A stretch of DNA of 64,000 nucleotides from an uncultured Chthonomonadaceae bacterium (GTDB lineage: Bacteria; Armatimonadota; Chthonomonadetes; Chthonomonadales; Chthonomonadaceae), in assembly GCA_963817895.1 (NCBI GenBank), contig CAWFQB010000001.1:576001-640000 (forward strand), read 5' to 3'. Below the pieces are notes generated by a model, which ran no database searches, was not told the DNA's origin, and saw only the letters and a program-made list of their open reading frames with translations. This document shows positions 60,129-64,000 of the stretch, piece after piece. The translations under genes were made by a program, and so were the position numbers. Numbering within the stretch: the stretch's first letter is position 1; every line of letters begins with the position of its first letter.

Positions 60129-61121
60129 CAGGCGGGTAATCAGCAGGGCCGCCGCAAGCATCATCAGACTTAAAAATACCATTGTCGCAATCGCAAAATA
60201 CGTTTTCGGCCAATCTTCGCGGTACTGCTGTACGATTTGCCGCCGCGCGGAAGCAGGCAGGCGGCGGTAGGCAGGCTGAACCAACAGTAAAACCGCAGGC
60301 GACAGCGTTGTAATCACGGCAATTGAAAGAAATGTGAGAACGGCTGTTACGCCCAGGGCGGCAAGAGGGCTGAGTTCCCATAGAGTAGCCGATATCAAAA
60401 GCGTTATCAAGCAGAGGGCAGCGGCAGTCTGAGAGAATGATGGCAGGCCGATTCTGAAACAAACCTGACGGAACTGCGCCTGTGTTTGTTTATCAGTCGG
60501 CTCGATTTGCAGCGAATGAAGATAGGCTTGTATAGCCTCTCCATTCCGCTCTTGCTTCATCAAGGCCTCTCCCAATCGGCGGTACAAAATCGCGTTTTCC
60601 GCATTGATTTGCAGCCCTGTTAATGCAAAACGTTCCACATTCGCCCATTGTCGCGTGGCTTTGTAGACCCCTGTAAGCAGCAGGTGCGCCCGGACATCTT
60701 CGGGCGCGACTTGCAGCAGGCGTTTGCCGGTTGCTTCCGCCGCGTTGTAATCAGCGTACCGGCGCAGCATCTCGCCCAGATGATAGAGTACAATCGGCGC
60801 ATCCGGTTTATGGCGGGCCGCGTTGTGGGCGGATGCCAGCGCTTCTTCGGCCCTGCCCAGCATGCTTAAACTTGAACTGCGCAGCCGATGCGCCCATTCC
60901 GAAATAGGATTTGTAGACAGGGCTTTATCCGCCGCAGCCAGAGACTTCTCCCACTCTTTCAGGGTCAAATACGCCAGCGACAGATGGCACAGCATCTCGT
61001 CATCGAACGGCGCGGTTGCCAATGCGCGTTCCAGCAATGGCAGCGACTCGCCCGCCCGCCCGATGTCTCGAAGGACGCGCGCCTGTGTCAGCAAATTATC
61101 CACTTCCGGCGAATGTTTCAT
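60126..61121 (-). CDS. TPR protein with C-terminal TM helices, paralogue of its neighbour
   Basis: TPRs; shares EW(A/G)HRLRS with 59061..60059. Confidence 0.88.
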   Translation of the reverse strand: MKHSPEVDNLLTQARVLRDIGRAGESLPLLERALATAPFDDEMLCHLSLAYLTLKEWEKSLAAADKALSTNPISEWAHRLRSSSLSMLGRAEEALASAHNAARHKPDAPIVLYHLGEMLRRYADYNAAEATGKRLLQVAPEDVRAHLLLTGVYKATRQWANVERFALTGLQINAENAILYRRLGEALMKQERNGEAIQAYLHSLQIEPTDKQTQAQFRQVCFRIGLPSFSQTAAALCLITLLISATLWELSPLAALGVTAVLTFLSIAVITTLSPAVLLLVQPAYRRLPASARRQIVQQYREDWPKTYFAIATMVFLSLMMLAAALLITRL

Positions 61122-61183
61122 CTTACGGCCTGCATATTTCAATCGGGTATTCGCGTTCATTCGCGGCTGATTTCGTTTAATTT

Positions 61184-62507
61184 TCACAGCATATTGTTTG
61201 TTTTCAGGTACTTGAGCAGGTCGTCGTATACGCCGTCCTCATTGGCGAATTGGGCATAGTGGCGGGCCGTGTCGAACCACGAGCGCACGGTCGGGCGCAC
61301 GTCGCGAATGGCCTTCTGGAAATCCCGCTGCCCGACGGGACGGGCAATGCCGCGCTCCAGCGAGTCCTCCATCGCGAACTCGGTTGCCGAGTCGCACAAA
61401 TGCGCCACATCCGCGCCGGAAAAGCCCTCCGTTTTGCTCACTACCCAGTTTATATCCACGCCTTCAACGGGACGTTCGCGCAGATTGTAGCGGACGATGG
61501 CAGCGCGGGCGGGCGCGTCGGGGGGCAGAACGAGCAGGGTGCGATCCAGGCGGCCGGGGCGGCGCAGGGCTACGTCAATGTCCCAGGGATGATTGGTGGC
61601 CGCCATCACGAAAATGCCCTCGTTGTTGCTTGCCACGCTGTCGAGTTCGGTCAGCAGTTGGTTGACGTATGTGCGCGACCAGGCTTCGCGCATCAGGCTG
61701 CGCTTGCGTCCCAGCGCGTCGAGTTCATCGAAGAACAGGACGCAGGGCGCGTTGCGGCGGGCTTTGCTGAAAATGGCGTGCAGGTTCTTTTCGCTGTTGC
61801 CCACATACGAGTCCAGCACTTCGTTGATGCCCACGCTGATAAACCGCGCGCCCATTTCGCCCGCCGTCGCCCGCGCGATATAGGTTTTGCCGCAGCCGGG
61901 CGGGCCGTACATCAGCAGGCCGCCGCGCAGAGATTTGCCGTACATGCGCCGCATATCCGGGTTTTTCAGGGGCGCGAGAAACGCCATGTTCAGTCGGCGC
62001 TTCACTTCCACCATGCCCGCCACATCTTCCAGCGTCATGTCGGGCGTTTCCATATCGAACAGGCTCTCGGCGTCTTCCGCCTCGCCGTCCTGCGACATGC
62101 GAACGCGTTGCGGTTCCCCGTCGTTATCGTCTTTATCGTCGTCTTCACGGTCGAGCGTATTGCGATAGTTCTGTTGCGGGCGGGTTGTGGGCGTGTCGGA
62201 CAGGCGCGACTCTTCGATGTCTTCCACAAGGCTTTTGGCGCGGTTCCAGCTGCAGGGCTTCGTACAAACGCTTGTAGCCCGCCGCCCGCTCCTTATCTCC
62301 TGTGGCTTCCGCGGCGCGGGTGGCGGCTTGCAGGGCTTCCAGGTGCGCAGGCTGCTTGTTCAGGATACCCGCGGCGTGTTCCAGCGCGTCGTGGGCGCGG
62401 CCTCCATCCAGCAGCATTTGCGCCAGATGCAGGCGCAGGTTGATGTTATCGGGATCGCCGCTGATAGCGGATTCAAGGGCGGCAATGATGGTCGGATCAA
62501 CGGGCAT
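61184..62507 (-). CDS. Classical AAA ATPase with N-terminal TPR, frameshift at ~62235
   Basis: GPPGCGKT, FFDELD and SRH ATNHPWDIDVALRRPGRLD. Confidence 0.92.
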
Positions 62508-62842
62508 AAAACCTCACTTCAACAGAAAGTCACGGGCGATGGCTTGTAAAAAATCGCGCACAAAAATAAAACGGAGATCGTCAAGCAAAGAACACAGAGC
62601 GTCGTATCCCGCATCTTTGTAGGTCGTATCTCGCATGAGAGCAGTTGCAGGCGAGAGGGAACGGTGAGCATCGTGCCGGGAATACAGATAGGTCGCAGTT
62701 GTAGGCGAATGGTTTACGATCTCCGTTCTTGCGCGCGTGGCCGAAGGCTTCCGCGCGCAAGAGAGCGCGCTGCGCAATGCAGCGCCAAAACGCGAAAAGC
62801 AGGAGGAAAAGCGGCAGGCTTCTTCCCGCTGTTATTCAAAGG

Positions 62843-63361
62843 TTATTCAAATACGGACAAATCCAGATCAAGGTTGGCTTCGGTGGCATTGCCGGAACGA
62901 ATCGCCTGCTTCAGCGCGGTCGCGCGCTTACCCGCTATTTCGGCAAGGCGCAGGCACTCTTCCGCGCTGACAACGCGCTCCGCGTACTCGTGTTCTTTGT
63001 CGCGCGAACGGGGAGTTCCGCCATAGCCAAACGCGGCCCGCGCCGATTTGTCCTGCGCCGCCGCCGTCCACTGGTTCTTGATACGGTTCGTGCTGCCAAT
63101 CAGTTTGACCGCATATTCCAGCGGCATGGTTTCGCCCTGTACCACAACCGTTACGGCTAGATTATACGCTGACTGCGCCGTTTGCAGTTTGGCGATTTTC
63201 TCCTGCGCTGTTTGGTACGCAAGGAGGAGATTACGCGGGTCGGGCTTGTCGGCGTCTGCGGCAAAGCGATACAGCGCGTCCGTGAACTGCTCGTCGGCCA
63301 GTCGCGCCGTTTCTTTCAGTTCTTCCAGCCGATCCATAATCTGATATCCGGTAATAATCAC
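62843..63361 (-). CDS. Coiled-coil hypothetical protein (DIP1984-like)
   Basis: GGGAGG RBS and GTG start; helical pattern IAKLQTAQSAYNLAVTV..LKQAIRSGN. Confidence 0.55.
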   Translation of the reverse strand: MIITGYQIMDRLEELKETARLADEQFTDALYRFAADADKPDPRNLLLAYQTAQEKIAKLQTAQSAYNLAVTVVVQGETMPLEYAVKLIGSTNRIKNQWTAAAQDKSARAAFGYGGTPRSRDKEHEYAERVVSAEECLRLAEIAGKRATALKQAIRSGNATEANLDLDLSVFE

Positions 63362-63607
63362 AATAGGCCTCCCTGCCCGGCCTTCTGTCGCGCATAAACA
63401 CACTGTCTATTCGACACTCGCTGACGGATTCCTGCCGAAATACTATTCAAAACATCGCGAATATTTCGGGCAAACCGTTCCGGTTCGCTTGCAGACAAAC
63501 TGCTGAATTGGAACATCCCACCTGTGCTATAATAGCAATACAACCCAATATCGGCGACAGCGTACAAATAGCGCGTTTGTGGCCGATGCAGCGCAGGGAG
63601 AGACACC

Positions 63608-63883
63608 ATGACCACGACTTCTAAAAAGAGAATATCGCCGCAGATTCCCAGTGAAGAGAAGCAGGCGAAACTGCGCCGTATTGCGCGCGGAAGTCAACGC
63701 GCGATTAGGTATTCCCGAGAAGCCAACCATGACTATTGAGGAATTACATGCCAGCATGCTGGCACACGGCATCAAGCCCGAAGATAACATTCTTTCGCGG
63801 GAGTTGCTGCGTATGCGCTATGGCGATGATTACGATCAAGATGAGTACATGCGCAACTTGACGAGCAGAATAAGAAAGAGTAG
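63608..63883 (+). CDS. Putative antitoxin, frameshifted, end approximate
   Basis: GGAG RBS; small protein ending ..EDNILSRELLRMR directly upstream of a PIN gene. Confidence 0.55.
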
Positions 63884-63886
63884 ATC

Positions 63887-64000
63887 ATGCCTGCGTTGCT
63901 ATGGGATTCCAGCGCCCTTCAAAACAGTACGCGCCTGAAACAGGAACCGCAACTGTTAAGGCGCTGCTAAATACCACACCTACTTTGGATATGGCGCTGG
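63887..64000 (+). CDS. VapC/PIN toxin, partial, frameshift at ~63920
   Basis: MPALLWDSSAL-KQYAPETGTATVKALL matches the PIN N-terminus pattern DSSALxKxYxxExG. Confidence 0.75.

Noticed and set aside
63885..63895. 11-nt match (TCATGCCTGCG) between the CRISPR spacer and the vapC start
   Set aside because: Too short; with many possible spacer sub-words such a match is plausible by chance in 64 kb, and the flanks do not pair.

Overview
A ~57% GC bacterial chromosome segment. The gene content (prepilin/H-X9-DG protein, DUF1501, DUF1080, many TPR/HEAT proteins) suggests Armatimonadota, but this is inference. It carries housekeeping genes (rbsK, uvrC, flhB-fliR-fliQ, frr-uppS), carbohydrate and hydrolase genes, and several accessory modules. 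About 20 frameshifts of 1-2 nt, many in homopolymer or dinucleotide runs and one inside fliR, point to long-read assembly error, so split ORFs were rejoined. The top observation is a non-autonomous IS200/IS605 element (55301-57429) whose tnpB is interrupted just after the RuvC-II catalytic Glu by a bare GIY-YIG homing-endonuclease gene. There is no intron, intein or target duplication, both junctions have NTGA overlaps, and a candidate -1 frameshift signal could fuse the GIY-YIG protein to the TnpB C-terminus. Other highlights: two tandem tRNA-like elements inside a phosphatase-SDR-LRR operon; a broken solo cas6 beside a one-spacer CRISPR mini-array with a perfect-consensus promoter; an NYN RNase behind a GNRA hairpin/U-tract leader; a PARIS-like ATPase-TOPRIM pair; an orphan terminase; and several families of short tandem repeats, one with a 15-bp target-site-like duplication inside a gene.
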